Origin: Candidatus Altiarchaeota archaeon
GTDB lineage: Archaea > Altiarchaeota > Altiarchaeia > IMC4 > QMZM01
Assembly (NCBI GenBank): GCA_016931955.1
Contig: JAFGDV010000017.1
Location: forward strand, 1-44,982
Direction: 5' to 3'
DNA: 44,982 nt
How positions within the stretch are numbered: the stretch's first letter is position 1; each line of letters opens with the position of its first letter. Positions 8,802 through 17,080 of this stretch are shown one piece after another. The position numbers were made by a program, and so were the translations under genes. The notes under the pieces are model-generated. The model was not told the DNA's origin. It was given only the letters and a program-made list of their open reading frames with translations, and ran no database searches.

Positions 8802-9793
8802 TAGAGTAATAGACCGCCTCTCAATTCAGCGATCGGTTGAAGCTCATTGAAGTCCATGCTCGCCTCCACCGTCGTTGTGTTCGTTTTTATGTTACGCTCT
8901 TCTAGAGCAGACAACAGAAGTTCTCCGCCGAATCCAACTATTCCAGTATAGCCCTCCTTGGTCTTTAAGCCGAGCACTTCAGACCCTGTTCTGCCGATAA
9001 CGACCAAGCCGCCGAAGACGTCGACGAACTCTTTCAGTACTTTAAGCGCCCTCAGCCTGGCTGTTGAAGGTATCTCCCTGTAGTCGGCTGGTATGCCCCC
9101 AAGATTCTTCTTCACTGCCTCATAGACGCTGCCCATCCTGTTCGAGATAAAGATCTGGAGAGGGTCTATGGAGCTTCCCTCATAGGAGATCAGTTCAGTG
9201 AATCTCTTCGGCTTATGTTCTAGGAACTCAATAAGGCCGCCGTAGAGGGGGTTCACATAGATCCTCTCATTCAGGAGTACTTCCTCTATCGTCACACTCG
9301 ATATGGTGGCTAAACCGAACATGCCCTCAGGAACCTCTCTATTGCACAGGTTATCCCCCTGTCTCGCTGTTTTTATGAACGGGGGAGTCAGGTTTATTCC
9401 ATCGCAGATTTCCTTGAGTGTTTTTATGGTCTCATCCTCCTGGTCTTCTTGGATGAATGAAAGATTCACTATGACGTCGCCCTTCCCCCTCTCCAAGTCG
9501 AATCTAGTATCCGTGATAAGCCTGACGATCCTATCCAGTATGAAATCCGACCTACCAAAGATGTAGGCCTTCTTCAGCTCTTCCCTCCCAAGCTCGTTTA
9601 TCTGTCTCCCGGATCTGCCGAGTTTTCGGGTGAAGCCCATCCCATCAAGGGATTCCATATAGTTTCTGACCATCCTCTCAGTCAGATCAATACCGATATC
9701 ATGTAGTTCGTCCCTGATCTCTCCAGAAGTCATGGGCTTGTTCGCCCGATCCAACGCAGACAAGATCTCGAAGACGTTTTTTTCTTTGGTCAT
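8798..9793 (-). CDS. nrpR: NrpR-family regulator, paralog 6 (closest to canonical NrpR)
   Basis: LTERMVRNYMESLDGMG wHTH; KGDVIVNLS, YGGLIEF, RFTELISYEGSSIDPLQIF, ADYREIP. Confidence 0.85.
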   Translation of the reverse strand: MTKEKNVFEILSALDRANKPMTSGEIRDELHDIGIDLTERMVRNYMESLDGMGFTRKLGRSGRQINELGREELKKAYIFGRSDFILDRIVRLITDTRFDLERGKGDVIVNLSFIQEDQEDETIKTLKEICDGINLTPPFIKTARQGDNLCNREVPEGMFGLATISSVTIEEVLLNERIYVNPLYGGLIEFLEHKPKRFTELISYEGSSIDPLQIFISNRMGSVYEAVKKNLGGIPADYREIPSTARLRALKVLKEFVDVFGGLVVIGRTGSEVLGLKTKEGYTGIVGFGGELLLSALEERNIKTNTTTVEASMDFNELQPIAELRGGLLLY

Positions 9794-9829
9794 CTTATGG
9801 TTATGGCTTAGGTAGGGAGAAGCTATATG

Positions 9830-10714
9830 CTATTTTCGGACGATGAGGTAGTTGGATAACAGGATCAATGCTCCGCCGGCTACTATGTTCAAGGTAATAG
9901 GCTGCTGGAAGAATACACAGGCGAGGAGGGTCGCGCTGATGGGTTCAAGGGGCATGATAACGCCCGCCCTAGAAGCCGACACAAAATCCAAGCCAGTATA
10001 GAACAATGTGTCGGGGATGATGAAGGCGACAAAAACATAGAGAAAGAAGAAAACAGGATACATTAAAGGAAAACCAAGAGAGAAACCGATGATGCTGGAA
10101 TCGTTCACGAAAAAAGACAATACAGGGAAAAACAACAACAGCCAGAAGAGGGGGAAGACCATGGAAGCAAATGTTGTCGTAAAATGATGCTGTTTATGTA
10201 GTTCGCTTTCTCTGCTGTAGATCACCCAAAGAGACAAGAAGACCCCGGAGAGTAGGGCGAGGAATAGCCCAAAGTTACCCGCTACGCCGCCGAAGAGCCG
10301 AGGATCCACTACTATGAAAACCCCCACGAAACTCAAAAGGATGGCTGAAAGCTTGTCTCGGGTGACTGGCTCCCCTAGGAATGGCTTCGCGAATAAGACA
10401 GTCCACAGAGGCTCCGTGTACAGGAGAAGTACTGCTACAGCAATTGGGACGCCTAAGACGATGGCACCGAAACAGGAAAGCTGGAGAAGACATCCAATAA
10501 GACCATAACCGAGGAAAAACAGGAACATACCCTTCTGGATCATGTACTGTCTCCTCAAAAGGAGGACGGAAGACATGAACAAGGAACCGGAGAGGAAGGT
10601 GTAGAAGGCGATCTCGTAGAGAGAGAAGCCAAGCTCTTTGAAGAACTGGCAGCCTACGGATATGAAGCCATAGAATACGGCAGCCAGCATGACAAAGGAG
10701 TAACCCTCGCGCAT
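9830..10714 (-). CDS. EamA/DMT family transporter
   Basis: About 10 TM; AVLLLYTEPLWTVL, LGEPVT, AGVIMPLEPISATLLA. Confidence 0.9.
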   Translation of the reverse strand: MREGYSFVMLAAVFYGFISVGCQFFKELGFSLYEIAFYTFLSGSLFMSSVLLLRRQYMIQKGMFLFFLGYGLIGCLLQLSCFGAIVLGVPIAVAVLLLYTEPLWTVLFAKPFLGEPVTRDKLSAILLSFVGVFIVVDPRLFGGVAGNFGLFLALLSGVFLSLWVIYSRESELHKQHHFTTTFASMVFPLFWLLLFFPVLSFFVNDSSIIGFSLGFPLMYPVFFFLYVFVAFIIPDTLFYTGLDFVSASRAGVIMPLEPISATLLACVFFQQPITLNIVAGGALILLSNYLIVRK

Positions 10715-10775
10715 AAGCTATAATACAACGAAGGAGGTAAAAAACTTGACGGTTTCGGAAGAACCATTGAGTTAT

Positions 10776-10789
10776 GGAAGGGGGTTTCC
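10776..10789. promoter_or_regulatory. Candidate NrpR operator GGAA-N6-TTCC
   Basis: GGAA GGGGGT TTCC, exact consensus, intergenic, upstream of the EamA-nrpR6 pair. Confidence 0.5.
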
Positions 10790-10943
10790 GTTTGCGGGGA
10801 CCAAAACACCCATTTTAAGGAACTTTAGAGTATTTATATCATCTTACTGCATAACATCCAGCATCATAGAACCCCAATACATATAAAAAAAGGATTTGTC
10901 TGGCTTATTTCCATTTCTAAGGCTGTCTGTGGCTGAATCAAGG

Positions 10944-10959
10944 CGGTAATGGGTTTCCG
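10944..10959. promoter_or_regulatory. Second candidate NrpR operator (one mismatch)
   Basis: CGGTA ATGGGT TTCCG just upstream of TATA-like TTTTTAAA (~10965). Confidence 0.35.
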
Positions 10960-11015
10960 TAAGCTTTTTAAAGGCATGATACAGATATTAAGATTACATA
11001 GGGGCTTGTGAAAAA

Positions 11016-11054
11016 AAGGGTGCGCCCACGGAAAATACGGTGGGCGCATCCCTT
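11016..11054. terminator. GC-rich hairpin flanked by A/T runs (terminator of the minus-strand gene or leader structure of the small plus-strand ORF)
   Basis: TGCGCCCAC/GTGGGCGCA 9-bp stem plus AAGGG/CCCTT; T7 run follows on the minus strand. Confidence 0.55.
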
Positions 11055-11074
11055 ACAAAAAAAAGGTGATTTAA

Positions 11075-11260
11075 GTGAACCGAAAATTTGTTGGGGTGTT
11101 CTCGATAGACGGTTCAGGTAACGGCATCATAGAGGTAACGGAAGAATCCTTAGGGATAGAGGATGGCGAAGAAGTGAGTATCCTATGGGAGAGATCAGGC
11201 AAGGCTGAAACGCTTAAGGACGTCGTAGATGGAGAGAACGTTATACATCCCCCTGCTTAG
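11075..11260 (+). CDS. Small protein, possibly AbrB/SpoVT-like swapped hairpin
   Basis: GGTGA SD 5 nt before GTG; IDGSGNGIIEV..SLGIEDGEEVSI pattern; overlaps 3' end of convergent gene. Confidence 0.45.
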   Translation: MNRKFVGVFSIDGSGNGIIEVTEESLGIEDGEEVSILWERSGKAETLKDVVDGENVIHPPA

Positions 11261-12253
11261 GTCCACTACGTAGTGGTTGTGTTCGAAGCCATCCCCCTTC
11301 TTAAACAATTGCAGAAGGGTTGTATCCCCTGATATGATCTGGCCTCGTTCTATGGGAGTCATTATCTGCTCCACAGTGGTCTCCGCAAGAAAGCCCACAT
11401 TACCCAGGTTACTGCCTATCTTGTTCATTACGTTCTTCGTCGTTATAATACCCTTCGGCTCAGTGGAGAAGGCTATCACGAAATCGTTTGTGTGTAGGAT
11501 CCTCAGAAGCTTATGCGCTGAATCCCTCAGATCGGCTATAGGAACGGTCTCCGTAGTAAGATCACTCAGAGGGAGCTTCCACATGTCATGAATCCACTTC
11601 TCAATGGAGTTCTCATATTCCTTAAGGAATCTGTCGAAGATTTCATGAAGCCTTACGCCGTCCTCTGTCAGATGGTAGTCTCGCCCCTTGATGCCGAAGA
11701 TGCTTATCTTGGTGTCCCCGATCCTTATCTTTCTCGTCGAGAGGTGATAGCGTAGGGTGCTTGCTGGTAGATAGCCGTGGGCGCTCCGATACATGTCACC
11801 TATCTCGTTGAATTTTCTCGGCTTCATCATCAGCACATGTATGAGTATGTTGCTCACGTTGTCGAAGAACAGTTCAGAGAACACGTTCGCCGTATTCTGT
11901 AAGTCTTTGTCGTTTATCTTCCCGTCCTTCGGCTTATCCCCCACGAGGTCCAGTACCTGTAGGGCGGTCTCTGAGAGCAGGCGGAAAAATATGTCATTCT
12001 TTAAGACGTAGGTCTTCTCCACCTTGTCTACTATGTTGTGGTTCCTTAGCAGGGAAAGGGATTTGCTCACCACGAAGCTCTGCACATCCCTTAGGCTTCT
12101 GCGTATTTCGCGGACCTCCATTTCTTTTTTCTCATCGAGGAGGAACATTATCTTGCACACAGGCGACTGGGAGAATATGCTGAGCAGGCTTCCTATGTGT
12201 TCGTATGTGTAGCCGAACCTGCTGAGCTTTGAGATGTTGTATCCCTTTGGCAT
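11195..12253 (-). CDS. Putative regulator: two winged-HTH domains plus degenerate CBS pair
   Basis: VSKSLSLLRNHNIV and STLRYHL..YHLTEDG wHTH-like motifs; KGIITTKNVM, TTVEQIMTP, VLSIYDVLK CBS-like motifs. Confidence 0.6.
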   Translation of the reverse strand: MPKGYNISKLSRFGYTYEHIGSLLSIFSQSPVCKIMFLLDEKKEMEVREIRRSLRDVQSFVVSKSLSLLRNHNIVDKVEKTYVLKNDIFFRLLSETALQVLDLVGDKPKDGKINDKDLQNTANVFSELFFDNVSNILIHVLMMKPRKFNEIGDMYRSAHGYLPASTLRYHLSTRKIRIGDTKISIFGIKGRDYHLTEDGVRLHEIFDRFLKEYENSIEKWIHDMWKLPLSDLTTETVPIADLRDSAHKLLRILHTNDFVIAFSTEPKGIITTKNVMNKIGSNLGNVGFLAETTVEQIMTPIERGQIISGDTTLLQLFKKGDGFEHNHYVVDLSRGMYNVLSIYDVLKRFSLA

Positions 12254-12287
12254 TTTAAGTCAGATTTGATGCAATTTTTCGGAATAT

Positions 12288-12337
12288 TATTACATGTGCA
12301 GTCAAGATTAAAAAACTATTCTTGACAAAATGTAATA
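12288..12337. promoter_or_regulatory. Nested inverted repeat in divergent promoter (candidate operator)
   Basis: TATTACAT-N5-GTCAAGA-N12-TCTTGAC-N3-ATGTAATA. Confidence 0.5.
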
Positions 12338-12398
12338 TATTGTAATTAGATGGTTTACTTTCTGTTAGGTATATAAGCCTGTGAGAGTAATTTATACC

Positions 12399-13436
12399 AT
12401 GCTGAAGCTCACAGAACGAGAGAAGAAGGTCTTCTACGGCCTGATAAGGTGGCCGGAGCTGACAGACAAAGAGCTTTCAGAGAAGCTAGGTATTGGAAGG
12501 TCAACGGTAACCACAATAAGGAACCGATTAGAGGGACATGATTTATACAAAACGATAAACGTCCCCGACTTCGAGCGTATAGGCTGCGAGGTCTTCACCG
12601 CACTGTATGGAGAATACCATCCGAAAGCAAGCTACAGCAAGATCAGAGAAGACATAGAAAAAGAATTCGGTAGCATGTTCTTCATGATGTCGATGGGCGT
12701 CCACAAGCTCTCACTGGGGGCGTCAAAAACCTTCACCGAGGTAAAGAAGCACATAGAGGAATACCACCTCAGACACCACGAGATAGGGGTCTCATATGAG
12801 AAAAAACACACCTACGTTCTATTTCCGCTAAAACTGAGCAGGATCTTCAGGTTCTTCGACTACTCTCCGCTGCTGAAGGAACACTTCAAGCTGGATATAG
12901 AGGAAGAAGGAGAGAAAGGGGATGAGAGGAAGATAACGCTAACCAGAAACGAAAAAGAAGTGTATCACGCATTGATAAGGCATCCTGAGCTCACGGATGG
13001 GAAAATAGCCTCAAAGACTGGGATGAGCAGGCAGACAGTAAGCGCGATAAAAAAGAAGATCATGGAGCATGGGCTCATAAAGAGGATAAGGGTACCAGAT
13101 GTTGGGAAGCTCGGATTCGAGCTGCTGGCGTTCACGCACATGCACATGAACCCCAAGATGCCCATAGAAAAGAGGAGTGAAGGAATAGAGCTGATGATGG
13201 AAAGCCCGGCGAACATACTCAAAGTCTCAGGAAACCTGGAAAGCATCATGCTGTCCGTATTCAAGGACTACACTGAATACCTGAATACGTATGATAAACT
13301 GTTCTCATACTACAAGGAAAACGATTTCCTGTTAGAGGAGCCCACGGTCAAGATATTCTCCACCAGGGAGGCGGACTTGGAGATGCACCACCGCTATCAT
13401 CCCCTCGTAGAAAGTGTCTTTATGTCGACTGAATAG
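12399..13436 (+). CDS. Internally duplicated Lrp/AsnC-like transcriptional regulator
   Basis: Two repeats LT..EK.V...LIR.PELTD..(S/A).K.G..R.TV..I followed by VPD..(R/K)(I/L)G.E; ATG 12399 after TATATAA. Confidence 0.8.
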   Translation: MLKLTEREKKVFYGLIRWPELTDKELSEKLGIGRSTVTTIRNRLEGHDLYKTINVPDFERIGCEVFTALYGEYHPKASYSKIREDIEKEFGSMFFMMSMGVHKLSLGASKTFTEVKKHIEEYHLRHHEIGVSYEKKHTYVLFPLKLSRIFRFFDYSPLLKEHFKLDIEEEGEKGDERKITLTRNEKEVYHALIRHPELTDGKIASKTGMSRQTVSAIKKKIMEHGLIKRIRVPDVGKLGFELLAFTHMHMNPKMPIEKRSEGIELMMESPANILKVSGNLESIMLSVFKDYTEYLNTYDKLFSYYKENDFLLEEPTVKIFSTREADLEMHHRYHPLVESVFMSTE

Positions 13437-14203
13437 ATGGCTCCGCCCATGTCAGCTAAGGCGTATACGAGGATGTTCAAAGCCTGGTTTATAGCGTTTT
13501 CATCCATTCCAGTGACATCGATGAATAGATCAGTAGTGTCATAGGTCACCCTAGTAAGTTCGCCATTGATTATCGGGGGAAAGGAGAGAACATCATTGTT
13601 TCGGTCGACTATGATGGGATACCTGTCGCAGGATTCAAGAGTCCAGGCGTAGTCCACGCCCTTAGGATGATCTCTGAGGATCTGCTGCAGATTCATCCTC
13701 TCGCTCATGTCTAAGGGAACGAAGGAAATCTCTGTAGGCTTAACCGCTTTGTAGAGGAAGGGAGGCACCACCTTGCTTAGGTCGTGGACTCCGATGGCTA
13801 CCTTCTTGCGCTTTCTCCCATGCGTTATGTGGAGTTTCTCCTGCAGGTCCATCAGGGAGACCAGTTTTCCCTCATCAAAGCACAGGTTTCTCACAACGGC
13901 GGAGGTGACATATGGTCTGACTGAGGAAACGGAGGGATCCACCCTTAGCTGGATCCCCGAGTCTTTAAGGTGGATCTCACTGAATCCAGTCTCCAAGCCA
14001 AGTTTGCCCTTCAATGCTCTAGCAAAACCTTCAACTGAGAGGAGGTCAGGCCTGTTCGGGAAGACTTCCAAAGAGATCTTCTCTGTGTCTATGTGTTCTA
14101 AGTCGACGCCCAGCATGGATATCTCGTTCCTCAGATTCTCTGGCTTGTATTCTCTTCCAAGAAGGGATACAAGCTCCTGGAAACTAAACTCGACTGAAGG
14201 CAT
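13397..14203 (-). CDS. pheT: Phenylalanyl-tRNA synthetase beta subunit, N-terminal half only (B1/B3/B4)
   Basis: PNRPDLLSVEGFARAL, VRPY, QEKLH..GRKRKKVAIGVHD, LSFPPIING..TRVT, LFIDVTG; ends before B5. Confidence 0.85.
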   Translation of the reverse strand: MPSVEFSFQELVSLLGREYKPENLRNEISMLGVDLEHIDTEKISLEVFPNRPDLLSVEGFARALKGKLGLETGFSEIHLKDSGIQLRVDPSVSSVRPYVTSAVVRNLCFDEGKLVSLMDLQEKLHITHGRKRKKVAIGVHDLSKVVPPFLYKAVKPTEISFVPLDMSERMNLQQILRDHPKGVDYAWTLESCDRYPIIVDRNNDVLSFPPIINGELTRVTYDTTDLFIDVTGMDENAINQALNILVYALADMGGAIYSVDIKTLSTRG

Positions 14204-14239
14204 GTAATTTATAGTGTTTTCATCCATAATTAATCCACA

Positions 14240-15745
14240 ATGTTGACCCTACGCATGGAAGACCTAAAGATCGTAGCAAACGACCTTCGGGAGATATGCA
14301 AGATAGGCTCCTTCATCATGTTCGTGCCTCTCATAGTGACCATTTTTTTTCTTATAAAACAAGGCAACTCCGACTCTTTACACATACTGAAGAAGTTCGC
14401 AGCATTCATAATCCCGTCAATAGCACTACACCTCATGTATCTGGGATTGGGCAGGATACGCTCAGAAACCCAACCGAGGACAAAGCACAGAATGATCACG
14501 GTATCGCTAGCATGGCTCATCATCGCCTTGATAGGCTCCCTACCATACATCATCAACGGAACACTGGATCCACTAAGCTCGGTCTTCGAATCCATGTCAG
14601 GGTGGACGACCACTGGCATGACCATGATTTCGGCACCCGAAGAATTCGACATGGACGTTATATTCTACCGCAGCTTCACCCAGTGGGTGGGCGGCGTCGG
14701 CATAATAGTGCTAGCATTGGTTGTCTTCATGAGGAAGGGGACGTTCGCCATGGACTACTACGCATCAGAGGTTGGGGAGCAGAGGATAAAGCCAAGACTG
14801 AAGGGCACCATCAAGGAGACATGGAAGATCTACACAGTATACACGCTAGCATGTATCGTGCTCCTTTATGTACTTGGTGTGGAGCCATTCGATGCAATAG
14901 TCCACGCCTTATCTGCGTTGTCTACTGGGGGATTCTCAAGCCACGCAGACAGCGTGGGATACTACAACAACCACGCAAACGGTCTGCTGATACAGCTGAC
15001 ACTAATCGTGTTCATGATCATCGGGGCGATAAGCTTCTTGCTGCACTTCAGACTCTTTGAAGGCAAGTATAAGACCATGTTCAACAACGTTGAATTGAGG
15101 TACATGGTCTGGATTCTCTCCACCGCGACACTGATTACGTTCCTCCTTCTCCACACCTCAAACCCGGAAGACCCTATGAAAACGTTCATGGACAGCCTCT
15201 TCCACATGGTTGCTGCAATGACCTGCACTGGTTTCTCCACTGTTGACTTGCGCGCTTGGTCTGATCTGCCGCAGAGCATAGTGATAGTTCTGATGTACAT
15301 AGGCGGACTATATGGTTCAACTGCAGGCGGAATAAAGATCCTTAGACTGGTATTGATCGTCCAGGTGATAATGCATAGCATAAAGAGACTGCTTCTGCCG
15401 AAAACCGCGGTCCTGAGAATGAAGATCGAGGGAAAACAGGTGGAAGGCAACGAAATAATCTACGTATTCGCCCTCTGCTCAGTGTATTTGCTGGTCTCTG
15501 TCGTAGGGGCGGGATTTCTCATGTACTCCGGATATGGTGGAATACAGTCCATGTTCCTAAGCTTCTCCGCCATGGGCAATACCGGACTTACTGCGGTAAG
15601 CAATGACCTGTGGTTCACCATGCCGTGGACCGACAAGATCGTTTTAACGCTTTTGATGTGGATAGGCAGGTTGGAGATATTCCCTGTTCTAGTCTTATTC
15701 TCTTCATTGATTTACCGGGGAAAACAGATTAGGAGGGATACGTAA
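14240..15745 (+). CDS. trkH: TrkH-type potassium uptake protein
   Basis: FESMSGWTTTG, QWVGGVGI, STGGFS, GSTAGGIK, MWIGRLEI. Confidence 0.93.
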   Translation: MLTLRMEDLKIVANDLREICKIGSFIMFVPLIVTIFFLIKQGNSDSLHILKKFAAFIIPSIALHLMYLGLGRIRSETQPRTKHRMITVSLAWLIIALIGSLPYIINGTLDPLSSVFESMSGWTTTGMTMISAPEEFDMDVIFYRSFTQWVGGVGIIVLALVVFMRKGTFAMDYYASEVGEQRIKPRLKGTIKETWKIYTVYTLACIVLLYVLGVEPFDAIVHALSALSTGGFSSHADSVGYYNNHANGLLIQLTLIVFMIIGAISFLLHFRLFEGKYKTMFNNVELRYMVWILSTATLITFLLLHTSNPEDPMKTFMDSLFHMVAAMTCTGFSTVDLRAWSDLPQSIVIVLMYIGGLYGSTAGGIKILRLVLIVQVIMHSIKRLLLPKTAVLRMKIEGKQVEGNEIIYVFALCSVYLLVSVVGAGFLMYSGYGGIQSMFLSFSAMGNTGLTAVSNDLWFTMPWTDKIVLTLLMWIGRLEIFPVLVLFSSLIYRGKQIRRDT

Positions 15746-15778
15746 CGGTTATAAGGGTGAACAGTGTAAGATATAATC

Positions 15779-17074
15779 ATGAATGGGTTCCTGATAGTAT
15801 TCACGCTCTTCCTGACAGTGTCGTTCCTCATATCGGAGGTATTCTATAAGCTAAGATATCCGAGGGTTATTGGTTTAATCCTTGCCGGGATACTGCTAGG
15901 ATTCTTCTCCGGTCTCATATTCCCAGAAGGGAGCTTCATGTCCGCCCTTGAGAAGGAAAACCCGATAGCGTTGGTCATCAAGGGTCTGGGTGACGTGGGT
16001 GCTATATTCCTCCTCCTTATTGTGGGGTTGGAGATAGACCTGAACAAGTTGAAGACGGTCTCCAGGGATGTTTTCGCCATCGGCATATTCGCCTCCTTGA
16101 CCCCATTCATCGCAGGTTTTCTCTTGATGAGGTTAATCTTCCAAGTAACAATGACTGTGTCCTTTATCGTGGCTGCGTGCCTGGCCATATCAGCTGAAGC
16201 GACAACGAGTATGATGCTGCTTGAGGAGGGGAAACTCAAGAGCAGGGTCGGCGGGATCATGCTGGGCGCCGGGGCGATAGATGACGTCCTTGCAGTGATA
16301 TTCCTCAGCGCAATCATCGTCCTCACCCATGGAGTGGATCCCTCCAACATAGGAGCCTTCGCAGTTCACATAGTACCGTCCCTACAGGTATTAAATGAAA
16401 GCAGTAACGGTTTGTTTCTTCTACTGCTCCTGCCAGCGGAATTCTTCATATTCCTCATACTCTGCCGCCTCCTCTTCAACATAGTCCCGCAGGTGGTCGA
16501 GTACTCCAAACAGGAGCGCTCAGAGATAGCTGAATTCATGACCGTGGTCATAATCGGGCTCTCAATAGCCATAATCTCACAGTTCTTCGGGCTTGAGACC
16601 ATCCTCGGGGCATTGATTGCCGGCATTATAATGCAGACCTCCGTGAAAGACACTAAAGAGGAGGAGAGGATAATCAACACGCTCAAGATAGTAAGCCTCA
16701 GCCTTATAGTTCCATTCTTCTTCATAAGCATAGGTCTGTATTTTGATCCGACCTCCTTGTTTAGGACATACGCGCTCATCCTATCGGTATTAGTCATCTC
16801 GATCTTGGGGAAACTGGTCGGCAGCCTTGTCTCTAAGCCGTTCACTGACCTCAGTTACAGACAACTCTACCTGATAGGTTGGGGGTTGAATTCCCGGGGA
16901 GCTATAGAAATCGTCATAGCCTCCGTTGCGCTGCCCCTGCTGATCGAGGAGATGGGTGTTAAATACGCGACCGACATCTTCTCCGTCATAATAACAATGG
17001 CAATAGTGACGACATTCATATTCCCGTTCTTCATGAGGCGCGAGATAGGGAAATACCCGAAGATAATGGATTAA
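15779..17074 (+). CDS. CPA2 cation:proton antiporter (NapA/KefB-like)
   Basis: GLILAGILLG, LLIVGLEID, GAGAIDD, ILGALIAG, PFFFISIG, NSRG. Confidence 0.9.
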   Translation: MNGFLIVFTLFLTVSFLISEVFYKLRYPRVIGLILAGILLGFFSGLIFPEGSFMSALEKENPIALVIKGLGDVGAIFLLLIVGLEIDLNKLKTVSRDVFAIGIFASLTPFIAGFLLMRLIFQVTMTVSFIVAACLAISAEATTSMMLLEEGKLKSRVGGIMLGAGAIDDVLAVIFLSAIIVLTHGVDPSNIGAFAVHIVPSLQVLNESSNGLFLLLLLPAEFFIFLILCRLLFNIVPQVVEYSKQERSEIAEFMTVVIIGLSIAIISQFFGLETILGALIAGIIMQTSVKDTKEEERIINTLKIVSLSLIVPFFFISIGLYFDPTSLFRTYALILSVLVISILGKLVGSLVSKPFTDLSYRQLYLIGWGLNSRGAIEIVIASVALPLLIEEMGVKYATDIFSVIITMAIVTTFIFPFFMRREIGKYPKIMD

Positions 17075-17080
17075 ATTGGG

